From: Lama glama
Taxonomy: Eukaryota
DNA length: 64,000 nucleotides
Assembly (NCBI GenBank): GCA_028534125.1
Contig: CM052817.1
Coordinates: 9,054,001 to 9,118,000 of the forward strand
Direction of reading: 5' to 3'
The position numbers were made by a program, and so were the translations under genes. Positions 26,090-38,636 of the stretch are shown here, piece after piece. The notes beneath the pieces are model-generated. The model saw nothing but the letters and a program-made list of their open reading frames with translations. It searched no databases and was not told where the DNA came from. How positions within the stretch are numbered: the stretch's first letter is position 1; each line of letters begins with the position of its first letter.

Positions 26090-26540
26090 ACTAGCTCTGA
26101 CTCCCCTGGAAGCAGACTCTGAGGCCAGGATGGATGTGCAAGAAGTTTATTTGGAGACAATCCCAGGACAACTGTTTGAGAAATGGGGGAGTGAGGCTGG
26201 GCAGAGAAAGGGAATGATAACGGCCGTTGTCATGCTGGTCACTGCGGGGGCTCAGCCCCATCTGAGAACTCTTGGACGTGTTGCAGAACTTGCCTCCTTA
26301 GTGATCCTGCCAGAGGCTGATGAACTGGACTATTTATCACCTGACTCTAATCCATCACTGACAGATGAGGGCTGCTCCCAGGGACCCTAGCCCTCTTGCG
26401 TGTCTGGTTTTCCCTGCCTATGGATGTAGAAAGACTGCTCAGGTGGAAAGCTGCAGGTGCCTATTACAGGACACTGTGGGCAGGCACTAGAAGAGTGGAC
26501 ATCAGCAGGCAATGAGTAGGGTCCCACGCATCTGCTAGAA
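26090..26540 (-). mobile_element. ERVL LTR (LTR16-like)
   Basis: ctcccctggaagcagactctgag..gtttatttgg..gcatctgctaga. Confidence 0.7.
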
Positions 26541-28199
26541 ATGGACGTGTAGGTGATTAATTAAGGCAGGAGCCAGAGTAGAGGCATGCCCCGTGAACTA
26601 TGAGAGCAGACAGGAAGGAATGACTAACTTTTTCTCCACTGGCTTCTGTGACCACTTTCCAACACATGCACAAACATCCATGTTCACGTGCACATGTGCA
26701 TACACACACGCCAGCTTCAAGGCTTATTAAACACCTCTCCCCGTTTCTTTTGAAGCTCACAAACATTCCCCCATCAGAGCACTTAGCGTAACTGCTTATG
26801 TTCTCCTTTTTACAAGGACGAAGGACCTTTTGAGACACCAAGCTTTGAAAAGATCATGGTTCCTTTCCTTCTGAAATGTAATTCAATATAAAAACACTCC
26901 TAAAGCATAAATACATGTAGGGAAGTTCAAACTGGTTGTGATATTTTTTCTTATGTTGATAACATATTTGTGTGTGTGTAAAATTATCAAATTATTTCTA
27001 AACAAGTTCTTAGTGTCCTTTTTTCTTGGTGCCCCAGAGAGGTCATACCCATTAGGTAGTCTCTACGCTCTTTCCAAGACTTAAGGACCATGAGGATGAG
27101 GGGAACCTTGTCTACTTTGAGATCACTGGTGTCCCCAAGAACTGGTAATATCATGCACCAAGTAGGAAGTCATCAAATGCTGGATGGATGGATGGATGGA
27201 TGGAGATATAGGTGAGTCCTATTTGGATGGAGAGAAGTCCCAGGTCACGTCAGAGGTTTCAGAGGTGAACTCTGAACTCAGTCCTAGAAAATGAGCAATG
27301 GAGGTCTTCAGACAGAGGTTCAGAGTTGAGGGTAGGGGTAGCTTAACACCTATACTTCCAGTGTTAGGAACCGCCATTCAGTTTCACCTAGTTCAGCTCT
27401 CCTGTTGGAATGCCTCAGGCCTCTGCGGTTAGTGCCTCTCAGGGCTTTCAAGTCAGCATGACAGGGAAGGACGTCATGGGTGGTCTCTGAAGTTGTCAGC
27501 AGCTTTGGCCACTGCCACAAATAATTTATTCCCTCTGCTCTGGCTTTTGCTACTGAGAGGGACAGCCTAATTGGGTCTTCCTGGCAATCCACGTCAGCTA
27601 GAAGCTTCCTGCTAAGATCCCCCTGCCTGCTTTCCAACCATTCTCAGTGCCAAGGCCTAACACGGATGACCGTTTATAAATCATACGCCTGCTGAGAATA
27701 CCCTCCAGTGATTGTTTTCTCCAATCCAGGCATTCCCTGCCAGCTACTTCAAAGGCTTTTGAAGTCACTGCTAATTTAAAAGCAATAATAAGATTGACAC
27801 TGAAATGCTTCCCAGCTGGTTTTTCTGGGCAATAGCTCTCACCAGTTCCTTTTACAACCTGCTTTCTGTTACAGTTTGGGCTTCGCAAAACATGACTTTT
27901 AGAACACTTTCAAAACAGAACAGAATGTGTTTTAAAACAAAGAACATGGTCCAAGCACAGATAGAAATACGTTCTTCCCCATTTAGGAAATATTTCTTAA
28001 TAATCAACCTGAGCAAATTCAGGTTTGGAGTCTGTGAGTGCTAGGTGCAAAACCCAACACCTCCATCGGTTAATTCGGGGGCTCTTAGATGAGTTATTTA
28101 CCTCCTTGAAACCATTTTCTAAAAATAAGGCATAAAATTACCTTTCTTGAAAGTTGGTTAGGGAAGTGGAGGCCCCCGGGGCAGAGTGGGGTTGTGAAA

Positions 28200-28430
28200 A
28201 ATGCAGGTATGGCACACAAGTCAGATCCCAAGGTCAAATCTCAGCTCTGCCACTTTGCAGCTGGTAACCTTGGCCTTAGCTGATTCACTCAACCTCCCTG
28301 AGAACCCGTTTCTTTACCTATAAAGGTGGTATAATAAGATATATCTCATATGATAAGTATAAGGATTGAATTTTATGACATATAAAACACAGTATCTGGT
28401 ACCAAGTAAATATTCAACAAAATGTTAGCT
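28200..28430 (+). mobile_element. MIR SINE
   Basis: tcaaatctcagctctgccacttt..aacctccctgag. Confidence 0.8.
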
Positions 28431-28544
28431 TTTATGGATGTGACGATAAAATGAGAAAAAGTATGTGAGGCCCTGGTGTAGGGCCTGGCACCGGACAGTG
28501 TGCTTGGCAAGAATTACCCACTTTAAAACTGTTCTTACTGTCAC

Positions 28545-29020
28545 ATCTATATCATCTGTTGCTTTATAATCAATCACCCCAAAGCTCAGAGATTAACTGT
28601 ATCAGTGACTGTATCACTGTAAACATTTTATTTTATTGTTTAAGCTCAGGCTTAAAACAATAGTAGTTCAATACAGCTCATGAGTCTACGCTTCAGCTGC
28701 AGGCTGGCAGTTCTTCTGACCTGGGATGGTGTCAGTTGCAGTGGTTGGTCTCTGCTCTGCCCAGTTTCTCATCCTCCAGCAGGCTGGCCCCAGCTTGTTT
28801 ACATAGGGGCCAGGCAAGGTCCCAAAAGAGAATCAGCAAAAGCTTGGAATTGGCTCTGCAGAATTTCTGCCACTGTCCAAGGCACGTCCCAGGCTGCCCC
28901 AGATCCCAAGGCTGGGGGAAAAGATTGCACCTCTTGACGGAAGGAGCTGCAAAGTTACATGCCAAAGAGCAGGAACGTGGTGAGAGGAGGGAAGTCGTGC
29001 CCATTTTTGCCATCTACTAC
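28545..29020 (-). mobile_element. Ancient MaLR LTR (MLT1J/K-like)
   Basis: caatcaccccaaagctcag..tcatcctccagcaggctggcccc..ccatttttgccatctactaca. Confidence 0.75.
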
Positions 29021-29619
29021 ATGCCCCAAAGTAAACTACAGTGGACGCTTTGGGAGGAGTCCATCATGACAACTCATACGCTCTGTCTTCCGGTGTAGGG
29101 TCAGAAACAGACTTTCAGCCTTTCAGAAGAGATCAGTTACAAGATTTTCTTTTTGGGGAAAAAAAAACTGGTTAAGCAGATAGTTTGCATCATAAATCCT
29201 TGGGAGAGCTAACCTGGCTTTACTCACAAGCCAGCAGTAAGATGCTTCACTGTCTGATGGCTCTTTCCCAGGCCTCCAGCAGGAGTGCGGTGAGAGTGGT
29301 GCAGGACTGTCATTGCGCAGCAGCTGCGATGGTCTTCCTGAGGCTCGGATAATGGAAAGGATGTGGCTTCTGGATGCCAGCCTTGTCGTAGGCCCATCAG
29401 ACCATCCAGCTCAGGGTGAGAGGCTTTGCTAAGGATCTAGAACTTGCAGGGGCTACGGGAAAGGCTAGAGCCAGTGCCTCCAGGGATGGGAGAGGATTGA
29501 GTACCCACCTTTCCCATCTCAGTCATAGGAAGGAGAGAGATTTCAGTTTACTCGAGGGGGAGAGAAGATGGCTCTTAAAATCTGGTCTCATTTTCAAGGC
29601 TTTCTAGAGAGCTTATTTT

Positions 29620-29830
29620 TCAAAGAGCATAGGATTTGAAATCAGAATTTGGTGTGAATCCCAGTTCTGCTATTTACTCACTCTGTGACCTTGGGCGAAT
29701 TGCTTACCGCCCCTGGCTTCCCTTCTTCCAATCTCTAATACAGAGATAATAATACTTAATTTACAATGATGCTATGAGGACTAGACCAAGGAGCTAGAAA
29801 GGGCTTGACACAAGATGGGTTTTCAGTAAC
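29620..29830 (+). mobile_element. MIR SINE
   Basis: tgaatcccagttctgctatttactcactctgtgaccttgggc. Confidence 0.85.
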
Positions 29831-31599
29831 TCTTTAGTCCACATCCCACCCTTCCAGCAGCCTGCAGTCACTGAACATTAGTAGGACAAATCAGTGAGAT
29901 CCTTGAATAATGAACTCTGCATGCCTTCTTTCTGCGACAGTAGGATCTGTGCACTAACAAGGGATTCGCCCCCACTTAAGGTTTTAATGAATCAGAATCA
30001 TATAAATGCTGTCTCCACCTTCCAACCCATTCACCCCTTTCTAGGCCGGGAGCCTCGGCTTTTCTCTTCTAGGCTGATCTAGGTAGTCAGTTTCACCGGA
30101 ATTACCCTACGAGCCTGTGATGAACGCTGAGAGTTCTGAACCCCAGCCCTTCATTTCTGTATCTTGCCAGTCAGGATAGAGTAATGAGTTAAAACCGCCT
30201 TTAATACAGACCAGTTCTAGAAGCTGGTCTGTCACCGATTCTTGTTGCTCTTGGATTTCCTTACCTATAAACTGAGTATAATAACACGTATCTACTAAAG
30301 TCGAAATCCAGGGCTTCAATATATGTAATAGCAGTATTTAAACACTACAGAAGAATACTACAAAAGCATGTTAGCATATCTTGCTTTTTATATAAGGTGC
30401 TGGCTATGTTATTTTACGTAAGTATATTCTCAGAAGTGGGGAAGATCTATGTTTACCTGGGTCCATCTTTAAAGGCTTCACAGAAGCAGTGGCATTTTTA
30501 TTTCCTTGGCCATCAGGGACTGGAGAGAAAGGTGCTCTGGGTAGCGGTCACCCAAGATACAGGGATATAAAGGTTGGTCAGAGCATAGAATCTGAGGAAG
30601 AGTAGGGAATAAAAAGAGAGTAAACCCCTATGAACTGTTGATGAAGGGCAATTATCCTTGCAATTACGTGGCCACAGTGTTGGTGACCTTCCTTCTCAAG
30701 GTCAGCTGATGGTCATGGAACAAGATGGCTGCCCTAGCCACCCTGGGCACCACTGTCCTGCCCCAGGGCTCTTTCTGAAGGAGAAGAGAGAGCTCTAGAG
30801 CCCATTCCCAGAAGAATATGTAAGAGATGGGTCAGTGAGGGATACAAGAAAGGGTCCAGGAAAGAGGAGATTTGACTCCATTTGCAAATCAGCGAAGGCC
30901 AGCATCATACAGTATGTAGGTGCTTTTAAATAGTCACATATCCTGAAGATTCCCAGATTTTGATATTATTGTTCTTTTATTCTTAAATTCATCAACAAAA
31001 AACTCAGAAGACTTCAGGAGGGTTCGTGTGCTTCCTTAGCACCATGATGGTAGAAGGGGCAACTGTGTCACCATCCACAGTGGCCAGGAACAGAACGAAC
31101 ACAACATGGGACATGAGGGGGTGGGGAAGCAATAGGGAAGAAGGGGCAGGCTGGTCCCAGAAGCCAAAAGTTCATAAGAGTGACTAGTGGGTGTTCTAGT
31201 GCTGGATCCTACTGAATGAATCTCCAGCCTTGCTTTGTCACTTACCACTAAGATGCATGGTCAAGTCAAATGCATGTCTACACATCTTTCCCGAAGCAGA
31301 GGGAAGGCTCCTGGCTGTGCAGAGTCTGAGACCTATGCAATTTGAGGCCCTCTTTGAGAAACAAAATACAAATCTAGGATTATCAAATGAACTGTGAAGC
31401 CTTGGAAGAGTCCTATGCAAATGAGGGGAAGGGGAAAATTAGGTAAAGAGAACGCTAGACAATAAGACAATATTAACTGGGGCCTGTGGATTCTAGACTT
31501 GGCTCTATCATTAACCAGCCATGTGACAACAGGTGTATCAAATTCCTTCTCTGAGACTCACCTTTCCTTCTGGAATATGAAGGTGTCCTCCATTGCCAC

Positions 31600-31990
31600 C
31601 TCATCAGTTAGGGTCATGGCAGGAAACAGGTGACTTTTAAAATAGGTCATAGCAGAAAGATATAGCAGGTAAGGGATAGGTGAGGGTAAAGCAGAAGAGG
31701 GGCTGGGAGAGTACCCAGGGCTTGCACAGCAGACAGCTGTCACCAACACTGGGTCTGAAAGGACAGATGCTGGATGATGGAAAGGGTAAGAAACTCTATA
31801 GAGAGGACCCCTCGACAGTGGCCTGAGAGATGCAGCAACATTGAGTGGTCTGCCAAAAAGGAGTTCAAGGAATGAATGCCATCACTCACTTCCCATCCAC
31901 CACCTTCTGCTAGGGTTCCCTGTGGAGAGACCTAGCCAGAATTCAGAGCGAGAAGGAACTCACTGATGTGGTCCATACCGATAAGTGTTT
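31600..31990 (-). mobile_element. Probable old ERVL-class LTR
   Basis: tcagttagggtcatggcaggaaacag.. start typical of antisense old ERVL LTRs; subfamily not assigned. Confidence 0.45.
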
Positions 31991-32419
31991 TGAGGCACAA
32001 GGGAGGAGAGGATGGAGATGGGTCTGGAGGAGCAAAGATACCAGGAAGGCTTGTTGAGTCTCTTCACATCTGCTGCTCTGGTGGGCTGTCTGTATAGAAG
32101 GTCTCCAGAAGCTTCTGACTTCAAACATGAGCTTGATAGACCTGTCTTTTTGTTTTCTTTCCCTCCCCCTGTAAAAATGGCTATGCCCAAAGATATTAGA
32201 AGAAGTAATGTAACTATGCCCCATTTTCCCTTGAAAATGGAGCTCTAGTGATTAACTTTAAATTCGAGCTCTGGGCCCATCATGCCACTTCTCAGATCCT
32301 TGGTTTCCTCATCCTTTTCACAAGATAATTGTAGTAACCAGCTCAGATCATGGTCTTGTGCTTTGTAACCTGTAAGATCGGCATGAAGACTGGATCTTCT
32401 CATCAGAACTAAATCACAG

Positions 32420-32580
32420 TAATAAAAGTGATTTTTTTGAGGTTTGCTCTATGCTCCTGAATAAACTCTTAACATGTATTCTTGCAAATAACCCAATGAG
32501 AAAGGTGCTATTATCCCCCCATTTTATAGATGAAGAAACTGAGATTGAGATTGGTTACATCATTTGCTCAGAGTAAAAAC
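32420..32580 (-). mobile_element. MIR SINE
   Basis: ttatccccccattttatagatgaagaaactgag. Confidence 0.88.
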
Positions 32581-32587
32581 ACGTTGA

Positions 32588-32755
32588 ACAGTGTCCCTCA
32601 CACATTAATGTACCTCTGGATCAATTGTGTTACGTCAGAATCAACCAGTAAAATGCAGATGCTGACTAGGAGAGTCTGGGGTGGGGCCTGAGATTCTGAG
32701 AATTTCTAACGAGGTGATAATTGCTGGTCCTCAGTCGCATCCTGAATAGCAAGGA
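32588..32755. mobile_element. MER5A-like hAT-Charlie MITE
   Basis: aaaatgcagatgctga..tctggggtggggcctgagattctg..tttctaac. Confidence 0.8.
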
Positions 32756-34519
32756 ACTAAAAAGAGGAAAGAAGACATGCAAACCCAGTGATCCAGATTA
32801 CTCCAGCGTCTGGATATTGAACCACCACACAAACTAAAGCATTGACTGCCCCCTCCTAATTTAAGGGGACTGCTGGAAGAGGTCAGGCCTGGGGACACTG
32901 GTTGCACAACGTCTGAGGGGGTGGGCAGGAGGGAGAAGGACAGTATACAGCCAAGCCTGAAATCCGGTGGGACTGAGGCCCCCGTTGCCACCCTCCCTCC
33001 TTCCAGCCAATCGGGCTCCAAGTCCTAGAACTTCTACCTCTTCTTTTCCACTCCCACTGCCAAGGGCCTGGTCTGGATCTTAAGTTTCTGGAGCCAGCCC
33101 TCCAGGCTCAGATCCTAGCCCTGTCATGTATTAGCTCGATGACCTCTTGATTCTTTCGTTGCCAGATGAAGGAATACCTTCTTCCTAAGATTGTTGTAAA
33201 GGCTAAACTAGTAAAGTCGTATTGAAAACCTTTAGAACAATGCCTGGCATATAGTAAGCACATAAACTAGTCAAAGCATTGTCGCTGGTCTCCTTGTCTC
33301 TCAGTCAATTCAGATCCACTCACTCCATTAAGGTCAGAGAGCTATTTCTAGAACCTGGATCTGTTCTTACCAGCCTCTGGCTGCAGACCCTCCACTGATA
33401 ACCTCTGACTTCAGTGTGGCATGCTTGGCCTTTCCCTCAGGTCCTGGTCCCAGGTGTGGTCTTATACTCTGATCATATCAAAGGACACACCATTTCCTGA
33501 AATGGGCATTTACCGTTTTGCCTTTGAGGCTTTCCATCTACTGTTCCCTCCACCTGGCCTGCCCTCTTGGTCTTTCAAAATCAAACTCAAACACCACACC
33601 CTCTGGGCCAGCCCCAATCTTCCTCCTCTATCCCCAGATGTAACCAATGTTCCAAAAGGGTGCACTGCCCCGGGATGCTCTGCAGCCTCTGTTACTGAAC
33701 ATCAGAAGGTGACCACTCCTCTCCTTTAGATTCTGGGTGCGTATCATGTAGCCCCTGGACCTAATCCAGGTCCTGACATGTGATGGGGTGCTTCCAGGGG
33801 CCTGAGGAAAGATAAAACAGGAAGCAAATGAAGGAAGGAAAGAGGAGAAGGAAGGAGAGAGAAGAAGGGGTAATTTGTGCTGTTCTGGACTTGGGTTTCC
33901 TGGGCTACAGAGATGACTCACACTGACCTACCAATACCGAGAGTCATCCTTCTTAGAAAAAGATTTTGTTTCCAAAGTTTACAAAACAAAAATGTCCTGG
34001 TCGTTTGGGCTGAAGCCACATACTTTCCCACACAAGCAAGGCTGTGCTGCAGATTCAGGGCAGTGATGTAAGTCAGGACGATTTATCTGTGGATCAGGCT
34101 CAGACCAGTTCTGAAAAGCCTTTGTCATCTTTCAAGTCACCAGGCCAAAGACTGCTTCCGAGGGAAAACACCTTTTGAATGGCAACAACCGAGCTTCCAG
34201 GAGATGGGAGGTTTAAGGAAGAATAAAAGACAGGATGGCTCTTGGAGTCAAAGTTGGGGAATAATTTATCTGCAAAGTATGAGTTTGCTTAATTTGCATG
34301 ATAAAAGACACCTTTTCCCTGCCTGTGTGTCCATGGAGCTATAAAAGCCTGTCACCGTGGCCTTGGATGAGGCCTCTGTGAACTGAATGGACTCTGGCTG
34401 CTGAGACCACTCGAGGGATTAGTACCCACCCTTTACCTATCACAGCACCGCTGTGGGATAACGAGGGGTGATGTTACCAGTGCACGGAGGCAACTGAAGG
34501 GTTTAGGTTCCACAGTTAC

Positions 34520-34957
34520 CAGCTATTAAGTGGTTCCCACAAAAAGACAAGTCCACGATCAAACATCCAGAACCCATGAATGTCCCCTCCCTTGGAAAAC
34601 GGTCTTTACTGATGTGATTAAGTCCAGGATCTTGAGATGAGGGCATTTCTGGGACTACCTAGGTGGGCCCTAAATCAAAGGACAAGGGTCCTTACAAGAG
34701 ACACACAGAGGAGAAGGCAGTATGAAAAGATGGAACAGAAAAAGAAGTGGTCACAGGCCAAGGGATGCCAACAGCAGCCGGAGGCAGGGAGAGGCAAGGA
34801 CGGATTCTCCCCTAGAGGCTCCAGCAGGCGCACAGGCCTGCGGCCTCCTTGACTTCAGACCTCCAGCCTCCAGCGGACTCTGAGGGAATAAGCCTCTGAT
34901 GTTCGAAGCCGCCCAGTTTATGGTTCTTTGTTACAGGAGCCTCAGGAAACGAATACA
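34520..34957 (+). mobile_element. MaLR solo LTR (MLT1C/D-like) inserted in a MIR
   Basis: gatgtgattaagtccaggatcttgagatgagg..ggcaaggacggattctcccctagag..ggaaacgaataca. Confidence 0.88.
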
Positions 34958-35179
34958 GTGGTGAACAGGCTTCAAACCCAAGTTTGTCTGGCTTTGCTCT
35001 GTAACTTGGGATGGATTATTTACAATTCTGAGACTTCATCTTCTAAGCTGTAAAAGGGGGTCAAAGAAAAGATTGAGTGAGGTAATGTGCTCATGTCAAG
35101 TGCCTAGGAACAAGCCCTCGGCCATACCTTACTGGGAGCTCATGGATTAAGGAGGGCACAGGAAGAATTGAACTTCAGG

Positions 35180-35340
35180 AGGCCATGAAGCTTGGATTCA
35201 GAAGATCTGACAACCTGCTCTGCCATTTCTTAGCTGTGTGGTTTCAGTTAACTTACTGAACCTCTCTGAGTCTGAGTATCTTCATTAGTAAAATGGAGAT
35301 AACATCTACCCCCATATAATGTCTGTTACAGATGTGAAAG
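35180..35340 (+). mobile_element. MIR SINE
   Basis: tctgccatttcttagctgtgtg..aacctctctgagtctg..gtaaaatggagataa. Confidence 0.85.
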
Positions 35341-36316
35341 GAGAGCAAGTTGAAATGCGGCACAATAAAGATTAGCACAGTCAGTTTTCCTTTCCTCCTT
35401 CTTAGTGGCTCAGAATTAGTGGCAAAAGCCCAGATTCTCTGCCTTGGACGACTTAGCTATGTATAAGGCGAGATGTGCCTACGTCATTTTTAAATATTCA
35501 GTGAAAAGTCCAGTTCTCTGAACCTCAGATGGTGTCCACAGGGCATCCACGCTGAGCTAATCACTGGAGACTCAGAGTTGAATACGGATGAGCAGAACTC
35601 ATTTTACCAACTTAAAATTCTCTCAGTATTCATGATTTGAGCACTCTGAACTGAACTTGAACCCTTTGGCATTCGAATTGGCTTATACAGTTTTGATTGC
35701 AAGAAAAGAGAATTTTAAAAAGTCATTAAACAAGGTGAAGAGCCTTATTGGACACGAATTGGCTCTTAAAGAATATTACAATGATATAAAGCTCAAATGG
35801 GTCAGAAATGTATGAAAGTCATTTCCCTTAAATAAAACATGATTTTAAATATTCAAGGGAGAACACTTTGCAAAATGCACTTGGTGTTTTTAAACATCTG
35901 AAGAACTGAAAGAGTTTTTGCTCATTCCAAAGACACTGTGCTGGATGTCAGGACCACTGCATCAGAACCGAGGGCTCCACAGAGGTCAAGGCTTACGTGC
36001 CAAGCCACCTGCACAGCCCTGTTGGTCTCAGGACAAAGCCACACCAACCACTCCTTGTCTGTCCAACCAAAAAGGCCACTTAATATCTGGACATTAAACA
36101 CACAGATTGGGAGTTTCAGTTAGTACTGGATATACCATATTGGAATTGCCTGCTCTTGAAACAGAATGTGAACTTCTTGAGGGCAAATAATGGGCCTTTT
36201 TCACTGTTATATTTTCCAACACTTAACACAATGAGACAGCAATAAGTGGGGAACAGATGGATGAGCAGAGAGTAAAAGAAAGAAGGAAGAAAGGAAGGGA
36301 GATAAAATAGTTATAC

Positions 36317-36360
<44 letters not shown>
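36317..36360. repeat. (ATAG)11 microsatellite within a purine-rich low-complexity L2 tail
   Basis: Directly visible. Confidence 0.95.
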
Positions 36361-36361
<1 letters not shown>

Positions 36362-36814
36362 GTAGAAGGGTAAATGTACTGAAGGGTGTATGAATAAAAG
36401 AATGGAAGAATGTATGGTGAATGGATGAAAAAGAGGAAGAAAGGGAAAGATGGATGGATGGATGGAAGGATGGATGATTAGATGAAGATAGTATCTACCC
36501 AGGAATTGCTATTTGAATGAATTACCTAATTATTCCATACTTGAAGATTCTTGTCCCAAGTTTCTATTTCTCTTCCAAAAGATTGCATTTGCCCTCAAAA
36601 CAGGGACCTATAATGCCTCAATTCCAAAATAATATACTACATGTTTACATTCTTTCTAGTTAACAAAGAATAAGTGGCAATGAACAAAGCAACTTGGGGT
36701 CAGAGAATCTATGCTCCGATCTAGAACCTGACACCTCCAGGCCATATGGCCTTGGCTACGTCACTAGGAACCCGAGTTCTGTGTCATTATTTCTAAAATA
36801 GTGGTGTGATAATA

Positions 36815-37240
36815 CTGTTAGCTGACTATCAAGCAAACATTTCCCCTTTTCTTTGCTAACAGTATTTTCATTTGATTCAGAAGCAATTTGCCCAGTCCCA
36901 GGGGTAAATCATGATTGGTTTATGTCATAGATCTCACTTACGTTTGCCAGTGACCCAGTTCTGGCCAATGAGAGATAAGGAGAAGTCCAGAACTTCTGGG
37001 GATAAAAAGAAACAACTGCCTCAGGAGAAAGCCCCTGGGTCCTCAGCCCTTCTCTTCCTGCTTTGGGTTGTGTTGTATGAACCCCGAAAGCTTGGAGCTG
37101 CGGCAGCAGCAATTCTATAAACATGAAGAGAAAGACAAGGAATTTAAACAAGGCTGACCCATACTTTTGACATTGTTGGGGCTGACAGTTCACATCCAGA
37201 ATCTACCTGCTTTCATCTTCTTGCTATTTGAGACTTATGA
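36815..37240 (+). mobile_element. Ancient MaLR LTR (MLT1K-like)
   Basis: cccagtcccaggggtaaatcatgattggt..tgacccagttctggccaatgaga. Confidence 0.75.
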
Positions 37241-38136
37241 AAAATGGGCATCACCTGTCACACTCTCCATCTGTCAGGTACTGTTCTATGTAAATTAATT
37301 CATCTAATTCTCACAACTGCAGCTATTACTGTATCTATGTCACTGATGAAAATAAAAGACACAGAGAGGTTAAGAAACTTGCCCAAGATGACCACTAGTA
37401 AATGGCAGAAGTCAGATTTGAATGTAGGCAATGGCCATCCATGGAACCATCCCACCATACTGCTTTCTTTTCTTTGCTAATTGTTTAATCTTGGATCCAG
37501 CCAAAACTAAGTTATTCAAAGTTACACAAAGCCTATCTTTCTATCTTACATAATTTTTGTCAACACATATTGGTGCCAGTGTATCATGTAACCTTCAAAG
37601 CAACTCTAAGAAATAGCTAATATTATTCTCCAATGTAAAAATTAGGACAATGATGTCTACAAAAGTTGAGTCATCTGCCAAAGCCCACACAACAGGTAAA
37701 TGGCTGACCAGGGATGGACATGGGTGGAACCCTGGTTCCCCTGGCTCTGAAGCTTGTTCATTTTCCCTTGCAATGCCCCGCCTCCCTATGAGATGCTGAT
37801 TTCTTTGCACAGTGATAAGGAGGCCCAAAAGAGTCCTTAGTGATGCTAATGAAAACTGAATCCTAGGTTGAAAATAGTCCAGCAGGCCAGTGAAGGGATT
37901 TGGGAGCAAACCCCAGAGGGATGTTCAATACTTTCAAATGTTCCTCCAGTCTACTCTCCAACAATCCAGCTCCTGGAATGTTGCCTCTTTCTCCAGCTTT
38001 ATGATTCAGAAAGACACATTCTCCCTTTGGGGCTTAGCACTTACACTTTCAAAATTCATGTTCTTTCCCCAGCATGGGTCGTTTGAGCCTTGCTGCTGAG
38101 AATACACTACCAGCCCCCATCAAGTGTATAAACCAA

Positions 38137-38636
38137 NNNNNNNNNNNNNNNNNNNNNNNNNNNNNNNNNNNNNNNNNNNNNNNNNNNNNNNNNNNNNNNN
38201 NNNNNNNNNNNNNNNNNNNNNNNNNNNNNNNNNNNNNNNNNNNNNNNNNNNNNNNNNNNNNNNNNNNNNNNNNNNNNNNNNNNNNNNNNNNNNNNNNNNN
38301 NNNNNNNNNNNNNNNNNNNNNNNNNNNNNNNNNNNNNNNNNNNNNNNNNNNNNNNNNNNNNNNNNNNNNNNNNNNNNNNNNNNNNNNNNNNNNNNNNNNN
38401 NNNNNNNNNNNNNNNNNNNNNNNNNNNNNNNNNNNNNNNNNNNNNNNNNNNNNNNNNNNNNNNNNNNNNNNNNNNNNNNNNNNNNNNNNNNNNNNNNNNN
38501 NNNNNNNNNNNNNNNNNNNNNNNNNNNNNNNNNNNNNNNNNNNNNNNNNNNNNNNNNNNNNNNNNNNNNNNNNNNNNNNNNNNNNNNNNNNNNNNNNNNN
38601 NNNNNNNNNNNNNNNNNNNNNNNNNNNNNNNNNNNN
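38137..38636. other. Assembly gap, 500 N
   Basis: Run of n. Same length as the second gap, so a placeholder size. Confidence 0.99.

Noticed and set aside
31550..31570. Strong minus-strand donor aag|gtgagt (similar at about 5865 and about 23310)
   Set aside because: All lie within repeats with no supported partner acceptor.
34530..34962. gtggt as TSD of the MLT1 LTR
   Set aside because: The left copy may be part of the LTR's own 5' end; boundary ambiguous.
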